IMG/VR virus record: IMGVR_UViG_3300032312_001770 | Location: 64,001 to 128,000 of that record | From: a virus | Taxonomy: Duplodnaviria > Heunggongvirae > Uroviricota > Caudoviricetes | Length of the DNA: 64,000 nt | Strand: one strand, 5' to 3' | In this document: one piece after another, positions 12,101 to 20,529 of the stretch | Numbering within the stretch: position 1 is the first letter of the stretch | Layout of the letters: each line of letters opens with the position of its first letter | Notes under the pieces: generated by a model | What the model was told of the DNA's origin: nothing | Databases searched by the model: none | The model's input: only the letters and a program-made list of their open reading frames with translations | Position numbers and translations under genes: made by a program

Positions 12101-13146
12101 TAAAACTGTGAAGTCTCTGTAATACCTCTTAAATTAACTTTATATTTATTTTTAATAATATTTGACTTACCTTCTTGAGTATTTAATATAACACCAAATT
12201 CACCAACCGCAATAGTTCTTTCTGGAATACTATAAGTAAATCCTTCATAAACATAAGTTTGAGCAACATGTTTAATAATATCATAATAGTTAATCTCAAA
12301 AAGATTATTATAATCAACTCTATTTCTTAAAATCCAATTATGCTTTTCGATAAATTCAATAGGTTGTGCTAAGAAAGTTGTTGGGTAGTAACCACTTAAT
12401 AACCTTGATAAATGAAATTGTTTATTTGCATTAACATTACCTAATTTAACAGAAACAGTATATCTAACACATTGTTCATAAACATCTAAATCAGTTTCTC
12501 TTACTAAATTACCATTTGAGTATCTATAAACACCATTTTCTTCACTACTATATTGATATTCAATAGTCGCTCCTAAATCTTGAACAACTGTATATTTACT
12601 TGTAAAATAAGTATTAGGATCAGCGGTACTTAATAAGACAATATTTACTGTTTGATTTTTAATTAAAACACGATGACCTTCCATTAAAATAACACCATCA
12701 ATTACATAGTTCTTAGTGATTGTTGTTAAATCAATTTGTTCAACTGTAGCAACATCAACATAATAAAAGTTTTTAGAAGCGTCTTTTATTAATCTATATG
12801 GAGTAAATAAATTCTTTAATGTTAAACCATATTCAGTTAAATACTTTGAATAATCATTATAAGTATTTTGGTCAATTGGAGTAGCATGTTGAGGTGGTAT
12901 AGAAGTAATACTATAAGGAGAACCAACAGTAGTGTCTGTGCTAACATACCAATCTCTAGCTTGATAGTCACCTAAAATATCATAGATATCGGTAAGATCA
13001 TTTACTGGTAAATATGTAGCACCACTTAAAATTCTAGAATAATATCTAGTTGCTCTTAATTCTTGTTTTAGAAGGTCAAAATCACTCTTAGATATTGAAT
13101 CTTCATTGGCAAACCATTTGTTATAATCAGTATTGTATGTCCACAT
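6193..13146 (-). CDS. Giant modular virion protein: BNR/Ycf48-like repeats, NHL beta-propeller and C-terminal Trp-Gly pentapeptide repeats
   Basis: 2317 aa. BNR-like VGELNTILYTKNAGQTWE; NHL repeats GDGGPAxxAQLxxPxG...ADxxNxxIR; WxxGx repeats (WYDGRWFGGTWNAGIWYNG). Confidence 0.75.
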   Translation of the reverse strand: MWTYNTDYNKWFANEDSISKSDFDLLKQELRATRYYSRILSGATYLPVNDLTDIYDILGDYQARDWYVSTDTTVGSPYSITSIPPQHATPIDQNTYNDYSKYLTEYGLTLKNLFTPYRLIKDASKNFYYVDVATVEQIDLTTITKNYVIDGVILMEGHRVLIKNQTVNIVLLSTADPNTYFTSKYTVVQDLGATIEYQYSSEENGVYRYSNGNLVRETDLDVYEQCVRYTVSVKLGNVNANKQFHLSRLLSGYYPTTFLAQPIEFIEKHNWILRNRVDYNNLFEINYYDIIKHVAQTYVYEGFTYSIPERTIAVGEFGVILNTQEGKSNIIKNKYKVNLRGITETSQFYWICGDENTLLRVRKHDFSIDRILLEEIPTTLPQLIITNLTSVSFFNDISGVVVGELNTILYTKNAGQTWERIEVDSFSEYNYNKVLYSTNSSFYVAGDAGVLIEFVDSIAGWTAYKRRISQIEDSVDEYLLVENINDMYKTNISTWGVSFSYYTQSIPTNKELLFLVTNNNKVIAYDVNNSFSQIGTDFIYFDFGQDYKDIRNITRRQGTNIFYFTGTDPVTINDGIFSFDINNFSILGTGSSYSNTAIGTSATFEYSGYPNQIFDYNSTEMLICGNTSLLGYSTYSTITLNSLDSTFEDKLKSKMLVIDYDIASKLNFFTDAGEYRLPNSITFSNSTLASVNSQIEFKPIEHPLTSTNNGTYSETNWLTYWTDTQKTFEYYSLTPMDESKKVLISTTFSYNVNPSVSLHSSSQITASASLISLLAPTIIDSNQSRFNGFGKPSISGVPTTGLAGTYRIFLYDYLMIYKVSLLYPVSIGDLIKFESNLVDSELIVNRIETIGSWKFIYMFTEFNQNIINDLQLTSSSITITNLNKYSTVSQLKNRFNNHPISNAYKLDYLDSNGNVTNTSSSLFQLSAKFNNLTSYYNLQTSVDVSANSLITASVSNYSFSGGVSSSTTFITSTYSFVNGLSSSNTKLAGSNYGYAGDGGPAPIAQLANPSGIRYNQNTNSYYIADTDNNVIRIVNGAGIIQTEVGFQSLIPSYGGDGGPYANCQLYLPTDIDFDSLGNMYIATGCTSSNFHIIRKVDYNTGRIEAFAGTVGPSGFLDGVPAINAQLDKPVAVAVNPLNDYVYICDSGNNRIRVVDNSGIIGTYAGDGTGAYGGDFGPAISARLNNPSAIAFDIFGNLYIADKDNFVIRKVDYNTGIITTVAGDGTLGYSGDGGPATIAQLGYTTGIVYDAIEDSIYIVSNDGALVSTIRKVDNGGNISTTLTSPSIFGKLLNRIIMAENGKDIIYSGNLFKVDRRSFDYSASLSGTLTSLPNNNDIVKLRLGGTLYTYTFKTTPSLLTDVLISSTISGCLSNLSTVISSTSGINSYILSVSSVGNSINISALSLFGANPNLSLSWNLEPTLSTITSNSSASLSGLLNLIPSDGDSATLILGGVTTTYTFKDTAINTNEIQISTLSSTLDNLLLGITTSYSSYLSPTSSVVTGDTINLISKSLYGSIPNSNPNWGLSYNLAVGGNFTTTLYDMIYTSGFLKFGYSPTYNLMDYLTGLNDVNDVNPKFYATKEYLAMPQYEGLPLGSLTASTVYIDYNGLTYSGGSMSLPTNKILFGTGLKLEWDSIFINTFVDVKVRGSLTYSTDKLLVMNKYYDSLQNAYVIEFHKRVLPISSLFQNILSNCTLDIISRRHLSQISADLQELNNIQRAKMKSNSWQDQDLFKYYNYQNELNFKIPTDSYAKILLSDSDTIQALSAIIYVDYKNELAMNITRLAKEYNVPILNTINFTNKLYISCSEKHDLLDGDGVVLEFNGGDGSSQELNPQYFGYHVITKINEYDFLTDIPYGTSPTTGDDTGYVKYTKEDPFLNYQPVDLIDLGVDGRGKMSLELSIENLKLLNSAYSLINVDFEKYRFRLVDGLNMDTINLQYAWLLEAELSGAVIGLNNNNELVWYKGTWLYGRWFGGIWQSGVWMAGDWYDGIWNANTINDKILTVDVDTKTVDFEQSFWYDGRWFGGTWNAGIWYNGRWYDGTWNNGMWHKGIWNDGTWNDGRFEGGIWILGTWNNGVFNCDNEPTYWLDGKWLGGDFENGMWYNGTWEQRNGLARFGTKSFNSRTANWQAGKWISGSFYSYLNTDDNGVLIASEVNKYSIWKTGQWFSGEWYGGIAYDMDFKTGTWYGGILEDIQVIQIDTVNNTFTLNGIFYFNTGDNIFIIDNLSNNSNSVFGSNENPGSYIILYATQDTANQSTTIYVGTNLVGTSISTSVDTGLRVVSKFANLNWKGGIWTNGIYESGLWEGGLWYNGVFNAIWT

Positions 13147-13147
13147 A

Positions 13148-13369
13148 TTATTTTTTTACTTTTAATTCCCAGATTACCGTTTTACTACTCATCAAAGTAC
13201 TACTACTTATAACCTTTACTTTAGATTTTTTTAAAATCTTTTTAATCTTCTCAATGAAATCTTCATAAGTGTATATATCAACAATATAGTCAGATATATC
13301 AATTTTGTAGATTTCTTTCTCTGAGAAAATCAAGTCATATATTAGGTCATCCTCCTTTTTCATCATCAT
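13148..13369 (-). CDS. Hypothetical protein
   Basis: 73-aa ORF with an AATATATA motif upstream. Confidence 0.55.
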   Translation of the reverse strand: MMMKKEDDLIYDLIFSEKEIYKIDISDYIVDIYTYEDFIEKIKKILKKSKVKVISSSTLMSSKTVIWELKVKK

Positions 13370-13472
13370 TTGAGAGTAATGTTTGACTTATATATTAAAA
13401 TTTAGTAGCTCTTATAAATAGAAAAGGGTGTAGAAAAGATATCAATATATAAAGAAAAATAATCCAATTTTG

Positions 13473-14228
13473 ATGAGTAAACAAAGAGCAGAAGTAAAAG
13501 GTCAAATTCAAGAAGGAGTTCAAGAATTTGAATACAAAAAGAATCTTAGAAAAAGAAACTCACTTACTAAAGAAGAATTTCAAAAGTCAAATGTTCATCT
13601 TAGTGAAAAGCAACAAAATCTGTATAAAGGTATCAGAAATAGTACTTTAACAGTGGTTCACGGACCAGCAGGTACATCTAAAACATATACTACTTGTTAT
13701 GCTGCTTTAGCACTTTTAGCAGATAAAAAAATTGAAAAGATTATTATTACAAAGCCTATTCAAGAGTCAGGTGAAAACTTAGGTTTCCTACCAGGAAGTA
13801 TGGAAGATAAATTACACCCATATAAACAATCTTACTATACAACATTTTGTAAAATAATTGGTAAAGTATCAACTGATATGTTATTTGCCACAGAAGAAAT
13901 TGTGTTTGAGCCCCTAGCTTATATGAGAGGTTCTACTTATGATAACTGTATAATGTTATTAGATGAGTGTCAGAACGCTTCTATTAAACAATTAATGTTA
14001 TGGGTTACTCGTCTAGGTAAAGACTCTAAAGCTGCTATGATGGGTGATACGTCACAATATGATGTTAGAAAAAAAGACTCTGGTTATAACGACTTTATTG
14101 GAATGGTAGCTGGAATGGAAGAACTTTGTATGTTTGAATTTAATAATACAGACATTGTTAGAAATAAATTCTTAATACAAATTGCCAATCGATATGATAA
14201 GTATCGTTCGGAACAAAAAGAATTTTAA
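13473..14228 (+). CDS. phoH: PhoH-family ATPase
   Basis: GPAGTSKT Walker A, GENLGFLPG, PLAYMRGST, LLDECQN and MMGDTSQYD motifs. Confidence 0.95.
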   Translation: MSKQRAEVKGQIQEGVQEFEYKKNLRKRNSLTKEEFQKSNVHLSEKQQNLYKGIRNSTLTVVHGPAGTSKTYTTCYAALALLADKKIEKIIITKPIQESGENLGFLPGSMEDKLHPYKQSYYTTFCKIIGKVSTDMLFATEEIVFEPLAYMRGSTYDNCIMLLDECQNASIKQLMLWVTRLGKDSKAAMMGDTSQYDVRKKDSGYNDFIGMVAGMEELCMFEFNNTDIVRNKFLIQIANRYDKYRSEQKEF

Positions 14229-14230
14229 TA

Positions 14231-14260
14231 AAAAAACCCACCTAATTGGTGGGTTTTTTT
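14231..14260. terminator. Bidirectional intrinsic terminator (CCCAC family)
   Basis: aaaaaacccacc-taatt-ggtgggttttttt lies between convergent genes. Confidence 0.85.
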
Positions 14261-15224
14261 AATTATTATCGTCTCCATCAAAGTATAAAATTTCATCTTC
14301 ATCTGGCTCACGCTCTTCGCGTTCCATAGCACCAGAACTTTGAACTAAAATATAATCAAAGTTATATGAGTTAGAGTTAGAGAATCTACCCTTATCAAAA
14401 TTGAAGAACTTGAAAGTATCTAAGTAAGGATAATAAGATAAATTATGTTCATCTAAAATAACATATAATTGTTTTCTAACAGGAGAACCAGTACCATCAT
14501 CAAACAACATTTCTGTTTTAGCACTTTGTTCCCATTTACAAAGATAACCATTTTCTTTAGCCCAGTCCTTAAAGAAGTTAATATCATGATCATAGTAATA
14601 ATATATTCTATCCATAAACTTATATTCTTTAGTAGAATCTTTATGGTCTTTAACACCTTCCCACAATAAGGCTCTAGCTCTTACTTTATCATCATCTGAA
14701 AAGAAAACTAACATTTTTACTTTACTAGAATTCTTAGCATATAAAGTCATAAACCTGTTTCTTTCTCTTTGTCTCATACAAGAATTCCAAAGAGATCCGG
14801 CTCTATTTCCATTAAGACTGTGATAATTATCTTCTAAATAATACTTTAGAATTTCTTCTCCTTCAACAATCTTTAATTTAGATATATCTCTAGAAAAATA
14901 AGATTTATAAAGATTTACAAATTTTTCAATAAGTGCATCAGTAACCTTAAAATTCTTAAATGAAAACTCTGTTAAAAACTTTCTGACAAATCTTCCAATT
15001 TTAATCTTAACACGACCATTTTCCCAGTTATCTTCAACTTTTTCATATTTAGACTTTGGTAGAAAAGAAACAACATCAATTTCATCAGATGATCTTTTGA
15101 TGTAGTTTCCTTCATCATTTATATGTGATGAATCACCTTGTAAGAATAAGGCGGCTATAATAGATTCTCTTTGAGCAAATTGCAAAAAGTGATACATTTC
15201 ATCGTTAAAAATAAGTAATGACAT
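14259..15224 (-). CDS. Conserved-looking phage protein of unknown function
   Basis: 321 aa with motifs KIGRFVRK, NSCMR, RARALLW and FMDRIY. Confidence 0.6.
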   Translation of the reverse strand: MSLLIFNDEMYHFLQFAQRESIIAALFLQGDSSHINDEGNYIKRSSDEIDVVSFLPKSKYEKVEDNWENGRVKIKIGRFVRKFLTEFSFKNFKVTDALIEKFVNLYKSYFSRDISKLKIVEGEEILKYYLEDNYHSLNGNRAGSLWNSCMRQRERNRFMTLYAKNSSKVKMLVFFSDDDKVRARALLWEGVKDHKDSTKEYKFMDRIYYYYDHDINFFKDWAKENGYLCKWEQSAKTEMLFDDGTGSPVRKQLYVILDEHNLSYYPYLDTFKFFNFDKGRFSNSNSYNFDYILVQSSGAMEREEREPDEDEILYFDGDDNN

Positions 15225-15239
15225 TTTTATATATAGTTT

Positions 15240-15452
15240 ATGAAGTTTTTATTAGAGTTCAAATCGTTTTTAAAAGAGGGAGACACTGTTCTTATAGAAT
15301 ATTGGTATAATGACATGATTACTCCTGTTAAGATTGTTGAGAAAATATCTAAAGTTTCTTACAAAGTTAGTCATAATGTTCCTAATTCTAAAATTCCTAA
15401 TGCTCCCGATGAAATTATTAAGTCTTCTGATATTATTGATTTTAGTCGATAA
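15240..15452 (+). CDS. Small protein with a capsid-targeting-like N-terminus
   Basis: MKFLLEFKSFLKEG start; short beta-rich body. Confidence 0.55.
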   Translation: MKFLLEFKSFLKEGDTVLIEYWYNDMITPVKIVEKISKVSYKVSHNVPNSKIPNAPDEIIKSSDIIDFSR

Positions 15453-16644
15453 TGTTTCCTAAAAGATATTGATAAAACATTCTATCATTATCACTTTCCA
15501 TATCAAGGTATTGTTCCTTAACTACTTCTAATTCTTCTTTTGTTAAATCATCTTTAACAATTTTATCAATTAAATTATCATAGTAATTAGCATCAGATTT
15601 TGGTTTGAAATCATATGTTGTTTCTTTGAATGGTACTAAGTCACCATTTCCGTTATCCATATAAGATCTGCCTTTCTTTTTACTTCTACGGCTTTTCTTA
15701 AACTTACCATACTCAATTTCCCAATCGTCAGTACTATTATCAATAGGCGCATCATCTTGAGGACTTTGGTCATACCAATCATCATGATAACCATAGTCTC
15801 TGCTTCTCCAGTTGTTAGATTTAGGAGTATAAGTAGTTGACTTATAACCACTTCCATAGTTATTATAACCATAAGATTTATACTCTTTCTTGGTCATATC
15901 TCTTTCAGTTGGAAGATTTTCCCAATCAACTAATAAACAAACCTCAGCCAAATCTTCAAGGTGTCTAATATCTTGAGTTTCATTAACAGTGTGTTCTTTA
16001 TAATAACCAACAGAGATATTTGTACACTCTGGAATAATATCAGTAAACTCAGCGGAGTCTGTATAAACACCACCTTCATCTTTTTTATATTTCATACCAG
16101 ATAAGTTCAATTGTCTTGCTAAAGCGTCAGCAAAAGAATCTGAACAACATCTTGTAGATGATTGATAAGTAATAACAGAATCAGTACCACGTCTATCAAA
16201 AGAAAGAATCCTATCATATTTACCTTTAAAGTCTTGAATAGACATAGATGAAGCCAATCCAGACCCAATACAACCAACTTCTTCACCAATAAAAAAATAA
16301 TAAAGACCTGGAATATTGTTTTTAATTAAATGTAACATAACAGTAACCCCGGCTTTATCATCAGCGCCTAAGGTAGTTTTACCATCTGTACCAATAATAT
16401 CACCATCAAGTGTGTGTGTAACTGAAGTTGCTTCTTTAGAAACTGTATCTAAGTGAGAAGCAAATATTGTGCGTGATTCGCCAATTTTATAAAAGTAGTT
16501 ACCGTGAGTATCTTTCTGTAAATCTGATGGAAAGATGCCTTGTTCTATCATATCTGATACTAACTCATCTTCAGTACCATATGGATAAGTACGGCTCGTC
16601 AACCTAATAAATGTTTCAAAAATCATGTTATCGTTTTTGTTCAT
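15442..16644 (-). CDS. M20/M28-family zinc peptidase with a low-complexity C-terminal tail
   Basis: SHLDTV, LGADDKAG, GEEVG, SFDR, YTDS and GYYKEHT metal-ligand motifs. Start taken at ATG 16644, downstream of TATATTTG. Confidence 0.85.
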   Translation of the reverse strand: MNKNDNMIFETFIRLTSRTYPYGTEDELVSDMIEQGIFPSDLQKDTHGNYFYKIGESRTIFASHLDTVSKEATSVTHTLDGDIIGTDGKTTLGADDKAGVTVMLHLIKNNIPGLYYFFIGEEVGCIGSGLASSMSIQDFKGKYDRILSFDRRGTDSVITYQSSTRCCSDSFADALARQLNLSGMKYKKDEGGVYTDSAEFTDIIPECTNISVGYYKEHTVNETQDIRHLEDLAEVCLLVDWENLPTERDMTKKEYKSYGYNNYGSGYKSTTYTPKSNNWRSRDYGYHDDWYDQSPQDDAPIDNSTDDWEIEYGKFKKSRRSKKKGRSYMDNGNGDLVPFKETTYDFKPKSDANYYDNLIDKIVKDDLTKEELEVVKEQYLDMESDNDRMFYQYLLGNIID

Positions 16645-16670
16645 GTCGAGCGTGGATTTATTTATGTTTA

Positions 16671-16678
16671 CAAATATA
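16671..16678 (-). promoter_or_regulatory. Bacteroidota-type -7 promoter element TAnnTTTG (also at 21170-21177, 22032-22039, 23850-23857, 28003-28010, 33885-33892 and 52847-52854 on minus; 38460-38467 on plus)
   Basis: TATATTTG or TATCTTTG in intergenic DNA, mostly shortly upstream of start codons and in the gene's orientation. Confidence 0.75.
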
Positions 16679-16720
16679 CAATATTTATTAACAAAAAGCA
16701 AAAATTATGATATATAATTT

Positions 16721-17251
16721 ATGTCTTATATTATAAATAAATCAAATATAGAAAATAATATTTTAATTCTAACTGATAAAAATGATTTAAAATATTTTAT
16801 AAAATTAACAGAAATTTCCGAAGGCTCTGACGTGTGGACATTTAGCTTTATACGAGAACCAAACAAAATATCTAATAATTCATTTGAATATATGTTTATT
16901 TTATGTAAGGAAATTTTTGAAAGTGATTTATTAGATAAAAATAAAGTTAGTAAAATATTACTTTTAATTGAAGGAGATAGTAGAGAAAGTGCTGATGAAA
17001 AAACAGAAATATTTACAAAACTAATAAATGATAATTGGAATTTTAAAATAGAACAAAATCCTGAAACAATTATTGAAGATGGTGGAGGTTATATTAATTT
17101 AAATAAAAACTCTATTTATATTACTAAAAAAGAGAAAGTCTCAGAAGATATAGTAATTCTTGAAATTATGAAATTCTGTCCAAACTGTGGTTTAGAAAAT
17201 AATAATTATAAATTTTGTCCATCTTGTGGAACAAATTTAAAACAAGCATAA
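16721..17251 (+). CDS. Protein with a C-terminal double zinc ribbon
   Basis: CPNCG...FCPSCG. Confidence 0.7.
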   Translation: MSYIINKSNIENNILILTDKNDLKYFIKLTEISEGSDVWTFSFIREPNKISNNSFEYMFILCKEIFESDLLDKNKVSKILLLIEGDSRESADEKTEIFTKLINDNWNFKIEQNPETIIEDGGGYINLNKNSIYITKKEKVSEDIVILEIMKFCPNCGLENNNYKFCPSCGTNLKQA

Positions 17252-17285
17252 ACTTTTTCAATATATATTTTAGCTGTTCGCTACA

Positions 17286-17343
17286 CTTATGTCGGGTATC
17301 AGAAGGATGCCTTTGAGATTTAGAAATGAATCAAAGATATAGG
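17286..17343 (+). promoter_or_regulatory. Candidate structured 5' leader (three-way junction)
   Basis: P1 cttatgtc/gatatagg, P2 gggtatc/gatgcct, P3 ttga/tcaa. G-U pairs favour the plus strand. Confidence 0.4.
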
Positions 17344-17364
17344 ATAAAATAAAAAAGAATAACT

Positions 17365-18306
17365 ATGGCAAAAACAATTGCAAGTAGCAATTCCAAGCCA
17401 AATGCTTGGATTGTATCTCCTAATGACAGAGGGAGAAAATCAATTAAAAATGGAAAAGTCTTCTTAACTGATGGAGACGAATTCGAAATCGAATTATTTA
17501 ACCCACTAACCGTTTCAGTTCTCGCTGATATTAAATTAAACGGTCAATCAATCTCAAAAACAGGATTAGTAGTAAAACCAGGACAAAGGGTTTATTTAGA
17601 CTGCTTTATTGATGATAGAAAAAAATTCAAATTTTCAACTTACGAAATTGAAAACTCTGGTGAGTCATTAGACGCAACTCAGAACAATGGTCTTTTAGAA
17701 GTTTTCTTCTATAAAGAAGATGTTATCACTTTAGATAACTGGCAAAGAAAGTTTGATAGAATCATCGTTGAAAAACATTATCCGGTTTACTATCCTACCC
17801 ATCCATCTTATCCTTACTACAGACCTAGCATCTGGTTTGGAACTACAAGTCCAAATTGGGGTTGTACTATAACAGATAATGGTTCAGGTATTATAGGAAC
17901 AACAACTACATCAAATGCTTTTTACTCAAGTAATAATCTTGTAAATTGTAGTTATACCTCTGATGTTGATTTATCAAAAACTTATGGTTCTCTATCAAGT
18001 AATATCAATTCAATTGAAACAGGCAGAGTTGAAAAAGGTGAAAAGTCTAAACAAAAATTCACTGAGGTAGATATGGACTTTGAGAAACATTATATTTCTT
18101 CAACTATTATTCAAATCTTACCAGAAAGTAGAAAGCCAGTTGAGACAAAAGATATATTCAACAAAAAAACAGGAGAGATAAATGTAAAAAAAGAATCTGA
18201 TGAAGTAATTGAACTAATCAAAAAATTAGCCGATTTACACTCAGTCGGAATCTTAACAGATGAAGAGTTCTCTGAAAAGAAATCAGAATTACTAAGTAAA
18301 ATATAA
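17365..18306 (+). CDS. Hypothetical protein with a C-terminal SHOCT-like domain
   Basis: C-terminus IKKLADLHSVGILTDEEFSEKKSELL. Confidence 0.7.
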   Translation: MAKTIASSNSKPNAWIVSPNDRGRKSIKNGKVFLTDGDEFEIELFNPLTVSVLADIKLNGQSISKTGLVVKPGQRVYLDCFIDDRKKFKFSTYEIENSGESLDATQNNGLLEVFFYKEDVITLDNWQRKFDRIIVEKHYPVYYPTHPSYPYYRPSIWFGTTSPNWGCTITDNGSGIIGTTTTSNAFYSSNNLVNCSYTSDVDLSKTYGSLSSNINSIETGRVEKGEKSKQKFTEVDMDFEKHYISSTIIQILPESRKPVETKDIFNKKTGEINVKKESDEVIELIKKLADLHSVGILTDEEFSEKKSELLSKI

Positions 18307-18328
18307 AATAAATAAGTGAACAGCTTTA

Positions 18329-18360
18329 AGAAAGAGAGAAAAAATAGTCTCTCTTTTTTT
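18329..18360 (+). terminator. Intrinsic terminator
   Basis: aaagagaga...tctctcttt stem followed by a T-run. Confidence 0.75.
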
Positions 18361-18371
18361 ATATATACACT

Positions 18372-19730
18372 ATGATTAAAAAGTATCTACAATTTATTTC
18401 AGAATCTATTAAAGAACAAATAGAAGAGAAAACTCTTTGGAAATTATCTGAAGATGATATTACTGATTACATGTTAGAGATAACAGATGCTGGATATTAT
18501 GTTTCTGTTGAATTTGGATTTGTAGAAAAGTTTAAACAATCTAGTTATAAAGATGGTCAACATATAGAATCAGAGAAAGAGGTTTTCACTTATAAAGTAA
18601 AAGCTGGTGATGAAGTTAGACCTGCCTATTGGATTAAAATAGACAAAAGTGATAGAATTAAAAAAGATGATGTTACCTCTACATTTCAATTTGCTTGTTC
18701 AATTATTGAAGAAGAAGCCAATGCTGAAATAAAAATAAATGATAGTGACGGTAATCTTGGTGATCCGGATGGTATAGTTATTAAAGATGGATTATTTTTC
18801 ACAGATAACTGGAACTCAAATGAGCCAGAATTATTGGAAGCTGATGATTATATTGCTATTTTTGCTAAGTCAAAAGATACAGTTGAATTTACTGAAGAAG
18901 ACCTTGTAAAATATTATGACTGGTCTGATGCTATTATTAAAAATGGTAAGGCTTATGTTGAATTAGATATAGAAGATATGTCTGATATAATGCTATCAAG
19001 AAGTTCCAACTATAAAGATATTCTATTAAATGGCCAAGAAGATATGTATGATAATTACTATGGCTCTGATTATCAACCAGATATTCCATCAATGTTTCAA
19101 TATACATTAAACAATGAAAATGAAGTTCTATTAATCAAAGCTATGATTAAGGAGATGGGTGGTTTAGAAGATACTATTAATCACATTGGTGATGAGTGTT
19201 CTGATGAAGCATATGAGAGAGTTAAAGATAAATCAGAAGAAGAAGTTATTCAATTCCTACTAAAAGAAAGATTCTATGAAACTCTTAAACAATTATGTAA
19301 AAATTCTGAAATCTGTCAAGAAATTAGACAAACTATTGGTGATTGGGAAATGGATGCTCATATTGACTCAAACTATCAAACAATTCTTGATGAATTTGAT
19401 GAGATAGTTGAAAAAGAATTTACATTTACAAAAGAAAGAAGAGAAGTTACTAAACACTACACATCAAAAGATGCTGAAGGAAATCAAACAAGAAGAGAAT
19501 ATCAAGAGCTTGATACATTTTATACTATTCCTTATAACAATAATTGGATAGATAATGAAGATGGTGAAAGATTAAAAAATTTGAGTTTACATGATATATT
19601 TAAAGACTGGTGTGGTGAACAATATTTCACTTATGAAATGAAACCAAATTTCTCTGACTATGGTGATGTTGATTCAAAAGCACTTAATCAAGATTTAAAA
19701 TCAGACTTAGAAAGATACTTAAATAGATAA
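18372..19730 (+). CDS. Acidic protein with a capsid-targeting-like N-terminus
   Basis: MIKKYLQFISES start, 452 aa, with ttatatata directly upstream. Confidence 0.6.
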   Translation: MIKKYLQFISESIKEQIEEKTLWKLSEDDITDYMLEITDAGYYVSVEFGFVEKFKQSSYKDGQHIESEKEVFTYKVKAGDEVRPAYWIKIDKSDRIKKDDVTSTFQFACSIIEEEANAEIKINDSDGNLGDPDGIVIKDGLFFTDNWNSNEPELLEADDYIAIFAKSKDTVEFTEEDLVKYYDWSDAIIKNGKAYVELDIEDMSDIMLSRSSNYKDILLNGQEDMYDNYYGSDYQPDIPSMFQYTLNNENEVLLIKAMIKEMGGLEDTINHIGDECSDEAYERVKDKSEEEVIQFLLKERFYETLKQLCKNSEICQEIRQTIGDWEMDAHIDSNYQTILDEFDEIVEKEFTFTKERREVTKHYTSKDAEGNQTRREYQELDTFYTIPYNNNWIDNEDGERLKNLSLHDIFKDWCGEQYFTYEMKPNFSDYGDVDSKALNQDLKSDLERYLNR

Positions 19731-19731
19731 T

Positions 19732-19926
19732 TTACTCTGTAACTAGAATCAAATTATCTTTAATTACAAATCGAAAGTCGCCTTCTTCTAAAATCATAAT
19801 AACATCTTTATGATTATTACTAATTATAGAAATTGGCAATGAATTCTGATTGTTATAAACAAATCTACGAACTTTTTCTTTTAATTCTGAGATACTTATA
19901 GTATCTAATAAATTAAGTTCTTTCAT
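19732..19926 (-). CDS. Hypothetical protein
   Basis: 64-aa ORF continuing the minus-strand run. Confidence 0.5.
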   Translation of the reverse strand: MKELNLLDTISISELKEKVRRFVYNNQNSLPISIISNNHKDVIMILEEGDFRFVIKDNLILVTE

Positions 19927-19931
19927 ATTAA

Positions 19932-20498
19932 TTATGGCTTTAAATAATCTTTGACTTTCATTAACATATAATCTGTAATTAAATCAGATGGATTTAGAGA
20001 GTTTAGATATCTAATATCTATTTTTACAGACTTACTCATTTCTTCTTCTTTAGATCCGTCACCTTTAGCAACAACTTCTTCATAATCTCTTTCATTCAAA
20101 GGAATTAAAAATGGATAATATTTATTAGAATTAGCTTTACTAATATAAAGAGGTTTCATATCTTCAAATTGAAAATCGTCTCTAATAACAATACCAGCTT
20201 CTTCTTCAAGTTCTCTTCTTAAAGCTTTCTCAACACTTTCACCTTGTTCAATACCACCACATACTAAAGTAACGTGATATTCTTGACCATCAACATATTT
20301 GAATGTAGGAATATATTCATATCTTAAAACAATTTGATTTGTCTCAATTAAAAAAGGAATACAAACAACACAATCTTTTTCTTTAAGAATAGACCAATCC
20401 TCAAACTGAACTACTTGAAAGTGTTTATCTTGATAAAGAACTTTGTCTTTATCATCATCAAATTCTGCCTTTGGTTTTAGCTTTGAAAATTTCTCCAC
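19932..20498 (-). CDS. NUDIX hydrolase
   Basis: Nudix box GGIEQGESVEKALRRELEEEAG. Confidence 0.9.
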   Translation of the reverse strand: MEKFSKLKPKAEFDDDKDKVLYQDKHFQVVQFEDWSILKEKDCVVCIPFLIETNQIVLRYEYIPTFKYVDGQEYHVTLVCGGIEQGESVEKALRRELEEEAGIVIRDDFQFEDMKPLYISKANSNKYYPFLIPLNERDYEEVVAKGDGSKEEEMSKSVKIDIRYLNSLNPSDLITDYMLMKVKDYLKP

Positions 20499-20529
20499 AA
20501 TTTAATATCTATTTTCTTATATATTAAAT

